The notes under the pieces are model-generated. The model did no database searches and was not told where the DNA came from. It saw only the letters and a list, made by a program, of their open reading frames with translations. A stretch of DNA of 64,000 nucleotides from Gnetum montanum. Its lineage: Eukaryota > Plantae > Gnetophyta. Each line of letters opens with the position of its first letter. Position 1 is the stretch's first letter. Where the stretch lies: NCBI GenBank assembly GCA_015680685.1, contig MNCI01000651.1, positions 1,727,832 to 1,791,831 on the forward strand. The letters are read 5' to 3'. A program made the position numbers and the translations under genes. Shown here in pieces: positions 12,101 through 24,649 of this stretch.

Positions 12101-13505
12101 CTAGATGATCTTCTAGGTACTTATGAATTTCATTTTGCACATTATATTTTGTAGTTTCATGTTTGAACCTTGTTTTAGTCATTGGACTATGTTCATGTTT
12201 ATTGTAGCTCTTGAACCTTAACTTGATGCTTCCACATCTATGTTTCTTATGAAATCATGGCTAGAGGTTCCAAACAAAGTAGAGTTCATGTATGGGATGG
12301 CCAAAGACATGATTAATTGGTTGCAACAAATTGCTACCAATGTTGGTAAGAACTTTAGCTTATTTTGATTTTACTTATTTTTATTGTTTATGTATATTTG
12401 TTTTGTATTTGTTGTATGTTTATATGGTATTATTGGTTTGAAGTGTTTTTTGGTTATTTTGTTATTTTGTTATGTGTTTTTCACATGGTTTTATGTGTTT
12501 ATGTTTTGTTGTTTGTAGTGTTAAAGGTTGGATGGGATTTCAATAGTTTTGTTGAGATTGATAAACTACCCAGCTTGTTACCTAAAGTGGAAAATGTTCC
12601 ATGAAGGTTGTATGAAAGTTCCACTAAATGTGCACTATCATATGCTAGAAACTTATGGTAATTCCAACATTCAAATGAGTTCCTATGGGAATGAGTTTTA
12701 GTGATGGAAAGAGAATATAAGAAATAGGTTGAGGAGATTAGAGATCTCAAGGATCGCAACGAGTTTGTGGAAGTCAAAGTGGCTAACAAGGATTCCTTGA
12801 TAACTAAAGAGATTAAGTGGGCATGGTATTGGAATTCCATTCATGGAAAGGTTACCCTTGTAATGAGTCTCATGGAGCAAAAGCTGCAGATGGACCTAGT
12901 GGCTTGAAAAGCTAGGAAGTGGAGGGACTATTGTTCTTGGGGTCCTTAAGTGGGATAGAGAACAAAAGGATCATATGAAGAAGTATAAGGCTAAACAAGA
13001 GAGCTACCTCAAGTGGCTATAAGAGGATATTTGGAGCTATTCATGAGGGAGATTAATGCTGGAGATGCCTTCAAGTTGTTTGAAAGATCTCTAGTGGTAG
13101 TTGATTCTCTAACTCCTCATGTAACTACCACTTCTTGGAAGGTGACTAATGCTACATTTTCATGAGAGCCACTCATATAGATTGATGTTGATGAGAGCAA
13201 CATCCTGATTAACGTTAATCTTGGGGAAGTGGATTGGACCCACATGACCAAAGATTAAATTCTACATCATCTAAAAGTTTGTATTCAAAACTTTCCCATA
13301 GAAGATGTTGTTCTAGAACCTTCCTAGGTTTGTTTACTTTTTAATTAATTTCTTATATTTTAGTTTTGTTTTTTTTGTGATTTAATTGTATTGATTATTG
13401 ATTAGACCTTTGTTGTTATGATTGGTACAAGTATCAAGTGATGGTAGCAGCCCCAGTGATGATCACATTAGAGATGGTCCTCCTTTACCTCTAGTTGGAC
13501 CCTAG
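8332..13505 (+). pseudogene. 8-exon accessory gene (~1000 codons), antisense to Tat-2; central region resembles plant-transposon/env-like accessory domains, with a coiled-coil-like C-terminus
   Basis: Exons ~8332-8456, 9781-10234, 10314-10580, 10756-11807, 11931-12116, 12208-12345, 12519-13327, ~13431-13505; T-rich introns, mostly GT..AG (intron 2 donor GC, last acceptor degenerate); phases match across introns 1 and 2; includes ORF pieces 10045-10509 and 10884-11189; many premature stops. Confidence 0.7.
9135..9160 (+). repeat. (GT)13 microsatellite in intron 1
   Basis: Read directly from the sequence. Confidence 0.95.
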
Positions 13506-14842
13506 TCTCATCTTTTTGATCATCTCTTTAGTTATCTTGTGGTTGATATTGTTTATTCTTATTTTTGATACTGTGATGATGTAGTGGCTAGTCTTAGCCA
13601 TTTTTATTATGAGAGACGATTATTATTATTTTGTAATTGCTACATGATGTAGCTATGGTTGTTGAGACACTTATCTATATTTTTATATCATTGTTGATTG
13701 GGCTTGTGTCACATGATGTGACTATGGCTATAGGTTATGGATGCTTTATCATTATTTTTTTATTTTTTGTTTACATATTATAACATTTCTAGTTTTATGC
13801 ATTTTAATATCCTACATTTTGTTTCATGTTATGAGGCTATCTTGTGCTACGCTGGTTAAATTATGTGATAAAATTTCATAAAGTAAATGCAAATTAACTA
13901 GGCCAAAAAAAGGGTAGAATAAGGCATAATGGTTGTAAACAAGTTGTGAAAGTGTTGCTAGTTTTAGGCCATGATGGGCCATGACGTTTTGCCAGTTTTA
14001 GGCCTTAGTGGGTTGTGAGGTTTAAAGAAATTTTTTTTTGTAAGTTTTTAATTTTAAAATTTTTATAGTTTTTTTTCTTTGTTCATCCATCTTAATTAAT
14101 TAATATAGGATGCATGTGTGTATGTATTTTAATGGTATTTTATTGTATGGTGAAGGAATGTACTTCTTGTTGTGATGGATAAGCTCATATTCACATTTGG
14201 ATTTTGCCTCCACATGTGGGATGAATAAACCATCCTAAATTTTAACATAGGTGAAATTATAGTAATTTTCATGAAAGATGATAAAGTCTAAGCTTTGCTC
14301 CCTTAGTCTATGCAATTGCCTATGCTTAGGCACAACATGTTCTTTTAGATCATAAAACTTCATCGTAGTTTAGCTTGATGCCATGTCTGTCAAGTTAAGG
14401 GGCAAACATATGGTCTAGTTGAAAGATGTTATCAATAATTTTAATTTTGTTTTAATAATTTTTTTTGATTAATTAGAAAAAAAATTCTAGCAAGTGGAAT
14501 TGTCCAAGGTGCAAAGGAGTATGGCTAGAAAATGATGGAAACTGCAACCATAGGTGCAATGCAAGTTACAATGATAGGGGTGTGCACTATAGTTGGAAAG
14601 ATGTGATAGCTTTAGTGTTGGTAAAACTAACTATGATGGCTTTGCTAGTAGGGGTTACACTTAGAGGGGGGAAGGGGGTAAGTAATCAATGATTATCTTT
14701 CCTAACAACACTATGTTGGGGTACCCCCTCTTGGTAAAGAATAGGCTTATTTTTTGAAAGAAGTGTAAAACTTTGGTTTCTTAAGGGTTGCATTGGAGAC
14801 TTGGGAGGGACCAATGTTGGCTTTGCCACAAAATTTCACATT

Positions 14843-14952
14843 TGGGGGGGGGGAGGGGAGGAGGTGGGGGTGTGTGGGGAGGGCGGGGTTGGGGGTGTGG
14901 GGGCGAAGTGTGGGTGGGGATGGGTTTGAGGAAGGAGGGTTGGGTGGTTGGA
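14843..14952 (+). other. G-run tract, potential G-quadruplex
   Basis: More than 12 runs of >=3 G, starting with G11, in an otherwise AT-rich context. Confidence 0.75.
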
Positions 14953-15230
14953 GTAGAGCAATGCTGGCCTTTGGAACACATAAAGGTAGGTTCAATTGGT
15001 AACCATGCTGGCTTTAGAGAATCCAACAACTACTATGAAAATTTTACAAAAAACCAAATTACCTGCAACCATAATGCTAGGTTTTTGTTGTAAGAAAATG
15101 GATAGCAATGTTGGTTTTCTATGGTAGGTTTTTAATGTGAATGTCAAGAGTTTAGAATTATGAGAAAAGCAAGAAAAATAGCTATTTCAAAAGGGGAAAA
15201 ATAGGGTTTGACAACAAGCTTGGGTGGAGG

Positions 15231-15247
15231 CCCTACTTCTAGTGCCT
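15231..15247 (-). promoter_or_regulatory. degenerate tRNA-Asn PBS of Tat-2
   Basis: Plus strand CCCTACTTCTAGTGCCT versus CCCTCCTTCTAGCACCA in Tat-1. Confidence 0.7.
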
Positions 15248-15373
15248 AAAAATTGTTGCACTTGAAAAATTAGATCATTAGAAAACCAAAAATTTTAGAT
15301 GTAGAATAGTTTAAACCTTGGATCCGAAGGGCCTTTGAGAAAGAGGATCCAAGGAACCTTGGACTATCTTTTT

Positions 15374-16462
15374 TGTTGACCTTTTATTATGTCAAAACCT
15401 TAAGGAAAATGGAGAACATAGGATGTTTATGTGCTATTGTGTTTATAGGGTAGGATTGTGTGTGGACAAGGACTTCATAGAGACATCATCAAGAACTTAA
15501 ATTGAGAGAAGAAGGTGTATGGAAGTTCAAGAACATCGATAAGAAATGTAGATTTCAATAGACAAAGTGAATTGAAGAAATACATCTCCAAGAAATATAA
15601 GATAGCATGACAAAGTTAAAGGTAGCATAGAAGAAGACATCCTTGGAAAACAAAAGGTGTCACTTGGGATAGAAAGACATCTTTCATGTGAAGAAGTTGT
15701 CTTTATAGAATGAAGGTCAAATGCAAAAAGACATCTTTCCAAAATGAAGGTCAATTACAGAAAGATGTCTCAATCTTGGGAAAGATGTCTCTAGTGAGTG
15801 TTAGTTAGTTGTTACATGAATTTTGAGGTGACTTCGAAAACATATTAGCTATAAGAAGACTTCATTCCCATTAGGAAATGTGCAAGCTTTGGTACTATCA
15901 ATTGTAAATCGTCTAACAATCATTGTAATCATTATTTTTTCTCATTGTACAATATTTTGTCTATTGTAATTGGTCAAAGTGAGTTGTGCCTTAAAGTACA
16001 AGGATTAGAAGAGTTAGTTGCATGCATTTCTTATAATTTTTTCTCTTTTATTACCCTGTGGGGTTGATGTTCTTCTTATAGGAAGGCATCATTCTTAAGC
16101 TTGTTGTGATCATATGGGATTGAGTTTTGCTATAGCGTAAGAATACTTCTGAGTTGAGCTCAAGTTGTAAAGGTTGTGGGATCCTAGAAACCATATTCTA
16201 AGCTTTTTGGAACCTTGTATGTTTGATAGTTATCATAGCAATGAAAATATCCTTAGTGAAGCTTAAACTTAGGAAAGGTTGTGGTTCCCCTCTAAATCAC
16301 ATTTTTGAAGGAACAAATTTTGGAGGTGTCCAAGCAATCTACCCTCAGAGTATGGACTACCTAATTTGGGGAACCACATTAATATTAGTTGTGTTCTTTG
16401 TGTTGGATAATTTTTAATTTGAATAACTTATTCATCCCCCCTTCTAAGTTCAATGATCCTCA
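15374..16462 (+). repeat. 5' LTR of SIRE-1
   Basis: TGTTGACC...CCTCA; homologous to the other four copia LTRs; followed by a Met-i type PBS. Confidence 0.85.
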
Positions 16463-16919
16463 AGTGCTATTAGAGCCTGGTACTCTTGCGCTTTTCATTA
16501 ATCTCCAAGAGTGAACAATGAAAGGGGCTATCAGTACTAGACATAATTTGTCAAGGAGACTGATTCTCTTTAGCAACTATTGTATTCAATTTTTGTATCA
16601 CATCTGTTAGAAATAAAAGTTTCTACTCTTGAAAGATTAATAGTGATTGTGATATTGAAGAAAGGTATGGATATTTTGTAATGAGATTCTTTCTTTCCAA
16701 AATCTATGTATTGAAATAAAAGACTCTTTACATGTCAAGAAAATGAAAATTAAAGTTATGGATGAGGAATGTTCTTATCTCAAAAAGGAAAATTCAGACC
16801 TTAGGGTTGAGACTCAAAAACTAAAAAATGTAATTGAGCAAATGACCAATAACTCTATGGAGAAGTCTAAAGACCAAAAATAGCATTTATCTAGGTTTGG
16901 TAAATCTTCTAAACCAAAA

Positions 16920-18370
16920 ACCTTGAAATGCTTCTTTTGTGGTAAATATGACCACATTCAAGCCTTTTTTCTATCTTAGATTACATCACTACTCTTGGTC
17001 TTCGCAAAAGAATCCTAGAATGGGAACCATGCAGGGTTGGAAAAGAAAAGAAGGAAAGTTTGAGAAGAAATTGATGGCTCAAATTACTCTATCCAATGAA
17101 AAATCAAGCATGTGGTATATTGATAGTGGGTGTTCAAGGCACATGACAAGTAAAAAATCCTACTTCATGGAATAAAATTATCGAATAGTCATGTTTGGAG
17201 ACAATATGGAACCACCTATAATAGGTATTTTTACCATAGGAGGTAAAGGTAAGTGATTACCAACTATAAACAAAGTGTTTTTCATTGATGAATTAAAACA
17301 TAATCTTCTTAGTGGTAGTTAGCTTTGTGATTCAAATTTTAATGTTGCTTTTTCAAAAGAAAATTGTAGAATATAAGATTTATCTATTGGAAACATTGTA
17401 ATAGAAGCAACTAGAAAAGAAAATGTGTATACCACTATTTTTGGAAATTGTACAATCCTTGAATTCAGGTGCTTAGTAAGTCATGTAGATGATACATGTC
17501 TTTGGCATATGAAGCTAGGCCACATAAATAAGGAAATTCTTCAAACCTTGGTATCAAGGGAAATGGTTTGCGACCTCCCCAAGCTCAAATATTTCAACCT
17601 AAATACATGTGAAGCTTGTCAGAAAGGGAAAAAATGAGGGTAAGATTTGGTAAATGTATTTTTACTACTTGTCCCTTAGATCTACTTCATTTGGATGTGG
17701 TTGGTCTAATTCAAACACTTATTTTGGGAAAGAAAAGATATTTTTTGATCATTGTTGATGATTATTCATGCTTTAATTGGGTTGCATTTTTATATCACAA
17801 AGATGAGGTATTTGATCATTTTTTGAGAATTAGCAATCAAATCTAGAAAAAAAATGATATGGTATTAAAGTTATCAGAAGAAACAATGGAGGCAAGTTCA
17901 AAAATGCAAGGTTTGAATAGTTTTGTCAAATGAATGATATTCTTCATCAATTATCTATTGTAAGAACTCCTAAACAAAATGGGGTAGCTAAATGAAGAAA
18001 CATAATCTTAAATGAGATGGAAAGAACCATATTAAATGATCAAAGTCTTCCTCATCACTTCTGGGCTGAAGCCATCAACACTACTTGTTATGTATCCAAC
18101 AAAGTCTTGGTAAGAAGATTCACTTCTAAAAATCCTTATGAATTGTGGATTGGTAGAAAACCATCAATAGCTTATTTTTCATGTTTTTGGTTCAAAATGC
18201 TATATTCTAAATGATAAAGATAACTTGAGAAGATTTGATGCAAAAATTAATGAATGAATTTTTAAAAGGATATTCTCTAGTTAGCAAGGCTTATAGAGTG
18301 TTTAATAAAAGGATGAATGCTGTAGAAGAAACCATAAATGTTAAAATAGATGATCATGATATTACTTGTT
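16920..18370 (+). pseudogene. pol: copia knuckle, protease, GAG-pre-integrase and integrase remnant
   Basis: WYIDSGCSRHMT, LWHMKLGHIN, CEACQKGK, LDLLHLDVVG, IVDDYSCFNWV, FWAEAINTTCYV, GYSLVSKAYRVFN. Confidence 0.92.
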
Positions 18371-18379
18371 CTCAAGGTC

Positions 18380-21109
18380 TTGGGTCATTTAGAAGGCTTG
18401 CTCCAAGGCTTGGGGCATTCTTGTAGGTTGTGGTATTTCATTGATGGTTGTGAAGGATGTTGAATAGCTTGGGAATGTGCAATTGGCATTAGCATATATG
18501 AGAGAGTTTGTGTGACCACCATCATAGGAGGGTTAAATAGGGAGAATGAGGTTTGAGTTGACACATGAGGGATAAAGAAAACAAACAAAGTGTAAGAAGC
18601 TTGTGAAGTTTGTTTTCTTGAAGAGGGGCTTGCAGGTATGATGAAAGGATGGGATGTGATAGATACCATAGGTAATGATCATACTAAATGAGGTTGTGTT
18701 ACAAAATGCATTAATGTAAATAATGAGATAGAGTGAAAAACTTGTTGAAACTAGTGTGTTATTACAAAAGATGTTAAGGTGATCATAGATGTAAATAAGA
18801 AGGTAGGTTGAAGAATTTGATCTATAGAGGAGATAGGAGGTTTAGAGTTGGAAATGGTATTCTCAAGAACCAAACGTTGTCAGAGGTTCCCTATGAATGT
18901 GTTTGGTTCATACATTGCTTCAACTCATCTTATTCCTTTTGATTTTTCTCTAAGATATTTTCTTTACTTACTTCCTCCATTTCTACTAGTTGTGCTAGCA
19001 TCGTGTATGAAAATATGTTATCTTGATATGGTCATAAGGGGAGGGGATATATTCCTTCTTGTTTTTGTGAATAATTTCAAATCACCATTTATACTTCGAT
19101 TCTATGCATGAGATGAAAAGGCCAACTTGAATCTTAGCATGAATGAAGTTATAATTATCTTTATTTATTTTTGTATAAGATGGGTTCAATCCCATCCATC
19201 AGAGCGATTTCCTACATTTTACCACATCAAGATCCTTGGGATCATAGATATAGACAAATTCTTGGTTGGAGGCCATGTGTGTTATGTTCTGAGATAAAAT
19301 TGTGAAATGATGAAAAGGCATAAAAGTTATAAGGAAAATGTGTGAAATCTCAACTCGTGAGAAACCCCAACATATAAGTTAACTTGTGGAAATCTCAACT
19401 TGTGAAAAATCCCAACATATAAGCTAACTTATGGAAATATCAACTTGTGATAAATTCTAACATATAAGCTAATTTATGGAAATCTCAACTTGTAAGAAAT
19501 CCCAACGTATAAGCTAACTTATGGAAATATCAACTTATAAGAAATTCCAACATATAAGTTAACTTGTGGGATCTCAACTTGTGAGAAATCTCAAAGTATA
19601 ATTTAAATTATAAGATTTCTAGTTTATTAAGATGCCAACGTATTAAGAGTTTCAACTTATGAAACTCTAATGTATTAACTACAACTACAATGGAAAACTG
19701 AAAATTTTTTTAAATTTTTTAAAACATATTTAACTAATCCTATGAGAAATATTAATAGGTTTCAATGTATATGATATTTCCAAAATAAAAATTGGTAGCT
19801 TGCAAGTACATAAACAAACAAGATAATATGCACTCTAACCATAAATATGAAAAAAATTGTAAGCATATGAATAGGGGTAACACTACATATTGCAATAATA
19901 GAAATTGAAATTAAGTTTTTTGGTTACTAATGTGCGGGGCCAAAGTAGCAGAGTGCACTATAATGGTCAAAAATCAATTTTTCTTTGGATTTCTAGGTGT
20001 AGGTTATTAAGGTAGAGCTATGTGTTATACTGCAAAAAGTAGTGATGGAAAATTTTGTTTGTTGCTAAAAAATGGTCGTAGTTCTACATGTTAGGCTTTG
20101 AAAAAAACCTTTTCATAGTAGATACTAGTAAATGTGTTTTGGTCTAAGAAGTTAGGTGGAGGCCCTCCTTCTAGCATTAGAAACTGTAGTGATGGAAAAA
20201 TTCGGTGCTGGAAGACAAAAAATTCTTGTATGAAATAGGTTAACCTTGGAACCAATGAGCCTTGGAAAAGATCCAGAGTATCTGAAAAGGTCTTGCTAAT
20301 CACTTGATAACTTGGAGGATCTGTTATTGGAATGAAATTACAATAAAAATAAAAAAGAAAATGCAGAAATACTAGAACCTGTGCTGAAATGTAGTTGTAG
20401 AAAATAATGAGTAAATGAACAAAAATTCTACAAAATATTTGTATGAATGCTATGAAAATATAAGGTTCAAAGAGTATACAATTTGGAACTAAAATTTTTC
20501 CACAACTCCTTAAAAATGGTGGTGAAAATATAATTTATGGATGGGTAGTGTGTGTCTTGTAGTCCTTCCACATATGCCTATTTCATTCATTCTACAACAA
20601 GATCTCGGTGCTTCTAGTGATCTACTCTTAAAGATGTTACAAATTCTTAGATCTTCCTCTCTCTCAAAAGTATTATGTTAGAAAGAATTGCAAAAATTAA
20701 AAAGTCCTTAAATTGAAGCAAAGTTTAGTTTAAATAGGCTATGGATATCTTGATTTATTGCTAGTAAATTTTTCCATGATTGCTACCAAAGTTTTGACAA
20801 ATTATGAACATTTTGAAAGATTTTGGTAGCCAAAATCTATAACATATGATGCACAAATGTTTTAAATATTTTGAGCATGCAATACCAATGTATTTGGCAC
20901 TTGGAGCCTATTAATCACTAACGTTTTTGACTTTTCTTGCCAAATTTGATAGCATATTTGGGCTATTTTCATAGCTCTAACTTCAACTTATGTGCCACCA
21001 ATATTTTTGGGTTTTGCTACTAAATTTTGGCATTGTATTTACATTTTAGGCTCCATAAGTTAGCTTAAATGAAATTCTAGCATTGTGGGCTGTAAATTTC
21101 ATGTTTACA
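18380..21109 (-). mobile_element. Tat-3: 5' LTR (20185-~21109), PBS, leader with tandem array and a degenerate gag 5' end
   Basis: PBS CCCTCCTTCTAGCATTA at 20163-20179; LTR start homologous to 4273-4390; minus-strand TATA-like at ~20730; Pro/Ser-rich minus ORF 18385-18669. Confidence 0.6.
19344..19612 (+). repeat. 45-bp tandem repeat, ~6 copies, decaying to ~19680
   Basis: Unit GAAATCTCAACTTGTGAGAAATCCCAACATATAAGCTAACTTATG starting at 19344, 19389, 19434, 19479, 19524 and 19569. Confidence 0.92.
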
Positions 21110-22763
21110 CATGAAGAAATGTCCAAAATTTTGCAAAAATATGGGAAAATAGGTAGTTTTTTCTAACTTTAAATTCCCATAAAATTACAATGTGAATTAT
21201 TGGTTTTTATACTTTTTATATAAAATGTAAAATCAATTTGGGATGTTTCAAGTAGGATCTTTATTGTACTCTTTAGTTAATTCTCTTTTACATAGCTTTT
21301 TCTCTTCTTTTACTACTTGGTCTAGTAACTATTGAATTTGATGGGCCATCATCTTAGACAATCTTCCTTGGGTATATCCTCAAAGGATGTCTTTTATTTT
21401 ATTTTTCAACCCATCAAAGATATGCCACAATTGTTTCCTTTGAGAAAATCCATGGCTTGGGCATATATGGAGTAGTGAATAATATCTATTCATTACTGCA
21501 TTAAAGTATACAGGTGTCCCTTATTTTCATCCTTGGATTTGTTTTGTTATGTTTGATGCTCTAGAATAGGTTTGATTCATATCATTGAAAAGCTCTAGCA
21601 TAGTACTTCATCTTCTAATAGATTCTAGTTTGAAGAATCTATATAAACTTTTTTCTTCTTTTATGAATGTTCTAGAAAATAATTTTAATTTTTTCCAATT
21701 ATTCTCTATGTTCTATAAAGCATACACATCATGGAAATCTTCAATTTCAATTATATCATTCTTTAAATTTTGAAATGTTATTCATATCAAGTTTCTTAAT
21801 GTGATTGTCCCTTAGGTGCTTGGTAGATATGTACATTTCTCTGATGTTGATCATGCTTTAAGTGGCTAATATAAGTTCTTCATAATCTTCGAATTCATAC
21901 TCTTTTTTGTAATGATGACTCCTTCAATGTTCATAATGTTATCTTCTCTCATGTATTAATTCTCTTTCTTTATTTTTTCATCATTAGAATATCTCCTTCA
22001 TGTTTTGTATCTATCATGATCCTTTCTCATTTCCCTATTATTATTCCTTAATCTTCATCCTCCCTTAGTACATTCTATTAATGAGTGTGATGAAGAGGAT
22101 GGAGGACTTGGAGAATAATAATGGTTGGTTCTCCATCTGTGACTTCTCCATTCATCTCTTTTAGTTTTGTTAGAGGTCTTAGGCATTAAATTCCTCCTAA
22201 GTTTAGAGTCTACATCATTCTTTCTAGGAGTTTCTACAAGATTTGAATGTAAATTTATCTTCATAGGATGTTCAATACATAGAATAGGTGACTAAGAACC
22301 AGATCTATAAGAATGATAAGAATTTTTAGCTTTATGTGACACATATTTCTTTTTTGTAAGGATAATTTTTAGTGATGATTCTTTCCTTTTACTTATTCAT
22401 ATCTTACCAACATGACAGCATCTCTTCTTACTTGAGCATTTAATGATTGATATGGCTTGTTCATGTTGTTAGTAACTTATTCCCTTTGTGTGCATGGCTA
22501 GGATTTGATCTCAATAGAGCTGCTTTGAACATAGATGGTGCTGAGCTTTCTAGTGGAAAAACCATTTTGCCTTGTAACTCTTTCCATCTGAACTGTTCAT
22601 CCTAGTAGAAAATGAATGTGAAATCAAGATAATAAGGATCAACATGAGCATATGATATTCTTTCTTATGTTAGTCCACTCTAATTTTCTTCATTATAATT
22701 CCTATTATTACTTTTATGAAGATCAATAGTAGATGAATATTTCACTTTAGGTATAGAAGCCAT
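21110..22763 (-). pseudogene. gag: Athila gag remnant of element C
   Basis: Hand translation YYSLLHICPSHGFSQRKQLWHIFDGL (~21410-21490) matches element A YYTLLHRCSGHGYTKQDQLRHIVDGL; the MAS start at 22763 parallels 62837. Confidence 0.8.
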
Positions 22764-23326
22764 TTTAAAAAATCTATTAATTCTCAAGTATGTATGTCTT
22801 AGAAATAATTTTAAGTATAAAAGACAAGTTTTATAATATTTTATATAACCAATTGTGATAAGATCAACTAACTAGCAAACATTGACACATCCTCGATAGT
22901 GGCATGAATGATGAGTGGTAGAGAATTCCAACACTTAACAATATAATTCACAAGTATTCATGTGTGATTAGATCATAATCCATGGATGGATAATATAAAT
23001 ATACAAGTGAATTAATAAGAAGTTTGTCATTGTTATCTTCTCACTAAGGTGCAAAATGTATGGTTTAACTCTTACTGAGATACATGATAAATATGATGTT
23101 TTTGGCTCTTGAGTGTGCTAAGGATAAATATAATGAGAGTTATTATAAATTCTATTTATAAGTACAATGGAAATGTAAACCTACTCTAGTCTATCAAAGA
23201 TAAGTGTCCATTCCTGATTTTCCATTCACATCCTAGGCTAATGTAATGGTTACTAGGATTACCAAGTAACTTTACCATTGAGAAAATCAACTAAAGTTAC
23301 TAATAGATTATCAAATAATTATACTT

Positions 23327-24417
23327 TCCAGATCAAGAACATAGAAGGTAAGTTAAATAAGTTTCCTAGTTAAAATTGAACTAGCCACATGAACACACCA
23401 AATTTTATGTGGTTCACTAACTTGGGTACATCCACACTCAGAGGGTAGAATCTATGCACACCTTTGAACTTTGTTTCTTTGCAAATGTGGTTTGAAGGAC
23501 ACCACATCCTATACAATCTTTGAGATCTGCTTTAGAGTGTTTCATTATTGCAAAACCACTCAACCCTATTAGGTCCCAACAAGCTTAGAATGTGGTTTCA
23601 AGGATCCCACAACCTTTACACGATTAAGCTCTGCTTTGAAGTGTTTTGACATTGTAAAACCACTCAATCCCACATGATCCTAACAAGCTTAATATGAATG
23701 TCTTCTCACAAGAAGCACATCAGCCCCATAGGGCTACAAGAAAGAAAGAGAAAAGAAAAAGGAAAGAATGTAACTAAATTTATAGGTCCTTGTACTTGAA
23801 GATTAGTACAAATTATAATCAAGTTAATGATGTTATAATGAGGAGCAAGAATAGAATTACATAGAATGGACAATGATAGATCTTTTTTTTTGAACAAACG
23901 CTTGCATAATTTCCAAGATTTGATATTATCTTATAGCCTTGAAGTTTTTGAAAACTTCTTAGAATTTATGCAACAACTACCAAAAGGCTAGTGTAGACAT
24001 CTACTTTGAAATTAGAATGTAACTGAGATTGGCCTTGATGCAAGTGAGCTGTCTTTTTGGCAGGTGGGACGTTTACAGTGGGATGTCTATAGTGAGATGC
24101 CTATTGTTAGAGTTAGAGTTTTGCTATTTTTCTAAGATGTTTTCTCATCTTTTAAACTTTAACTTCTAAGGCTTTTTCCTATTAATTTTCCTTCTTAGTA
24201 GTCCTTGGAGAATCTTCATTTGATCTGTAAACTTCATTTTCATCCATGCTCTCATGTTACCCATATTTTCATTTCAACATTTTGTCATAGATCTCATTTC
24301 CTTGAGTTCTCAAATCTCATTGTGGAATTTTTGTTCATGTCTAAAAAATCATCATACATCACAAACATTCTATATCCTTAATGTTCCTTAAGGTTTTTCC
24401 ATACCAAAATTTCAATA
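23327..24417 (-). repeat. 3' LTR of SIRE-2
   Basis: Direct repeat of 28537-29548; internal ~105-bp dimer at 23486-23690. Confidence 0.9.
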
Positions 24418-24649
24418 ATTCCCCCTTTTTGATGATGTGCAAAACTTAAGAAAATTGGTTATTATGGCTCATAAAAAATTTAAAATAATAGTTTTCTCCT
24501 CCTTTTTGGACATAACCAGAAAGGGTTAGAAAAAATCCCATAAAATATATGTAAGGTAAAGAAAGAATAATAAGAATTGTATGTATGTATGTATATGAAA
24601 ATCTAGAGTAGCTATGTATTATTTGCAATAATAGGTAAAAACCTTACTT

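Larger units (their letters stand above)
6030..15373 (-). mobile_element. Tat-clade element Tat-2: gag/pol absent, carries an antisense spliced gene; 5' LTR interrupted by copia at 15374, left end not defined
   Basis: PBS at 15231-15247; LTR start ~15254 homologous to 4273- and 20185-; 14150-14290 resembles the Tat-3 leader (19040-19160); GCTAGTTTTAGGCC motifs at 13957-14005 match 1-70, just downstream of the Tat-1 protease. Confidence 0.6.
15374..18370 (+). mobile_element. Sirevirus-like Ty1/copia SIRE-1: gag core missing, 3' truncated after integrase
   Basis: 5' LTR 15374-16462 is the reverse complement of the LTR family at 23327/28537/34884/39248; PBS TGCTATTAGAGC at 16465-16476; no RT and no 3' LTR. 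Confidence 0.85.

Noticed and set aside
12365-12604. Hydrophobic membrane-protein ORF (also 9438-9620 and 32673-32879)
   Set aside because: T-rich intron or LTR sequence read as an ORF
14747-15093. Pro-rich and Gly-rich ORFs
   Set aside because: By-products of the G-run tract, open in several frames on both strands
19344-19612. CRISPR-like array
   Set aside because: No unique spacers and no cas genes; it is a simple tandem repeat in plant DNA
21110-22800. Endogenous pararetrovirus fragment
   Set aside because: The translation matches the Athila gag of elements A and B
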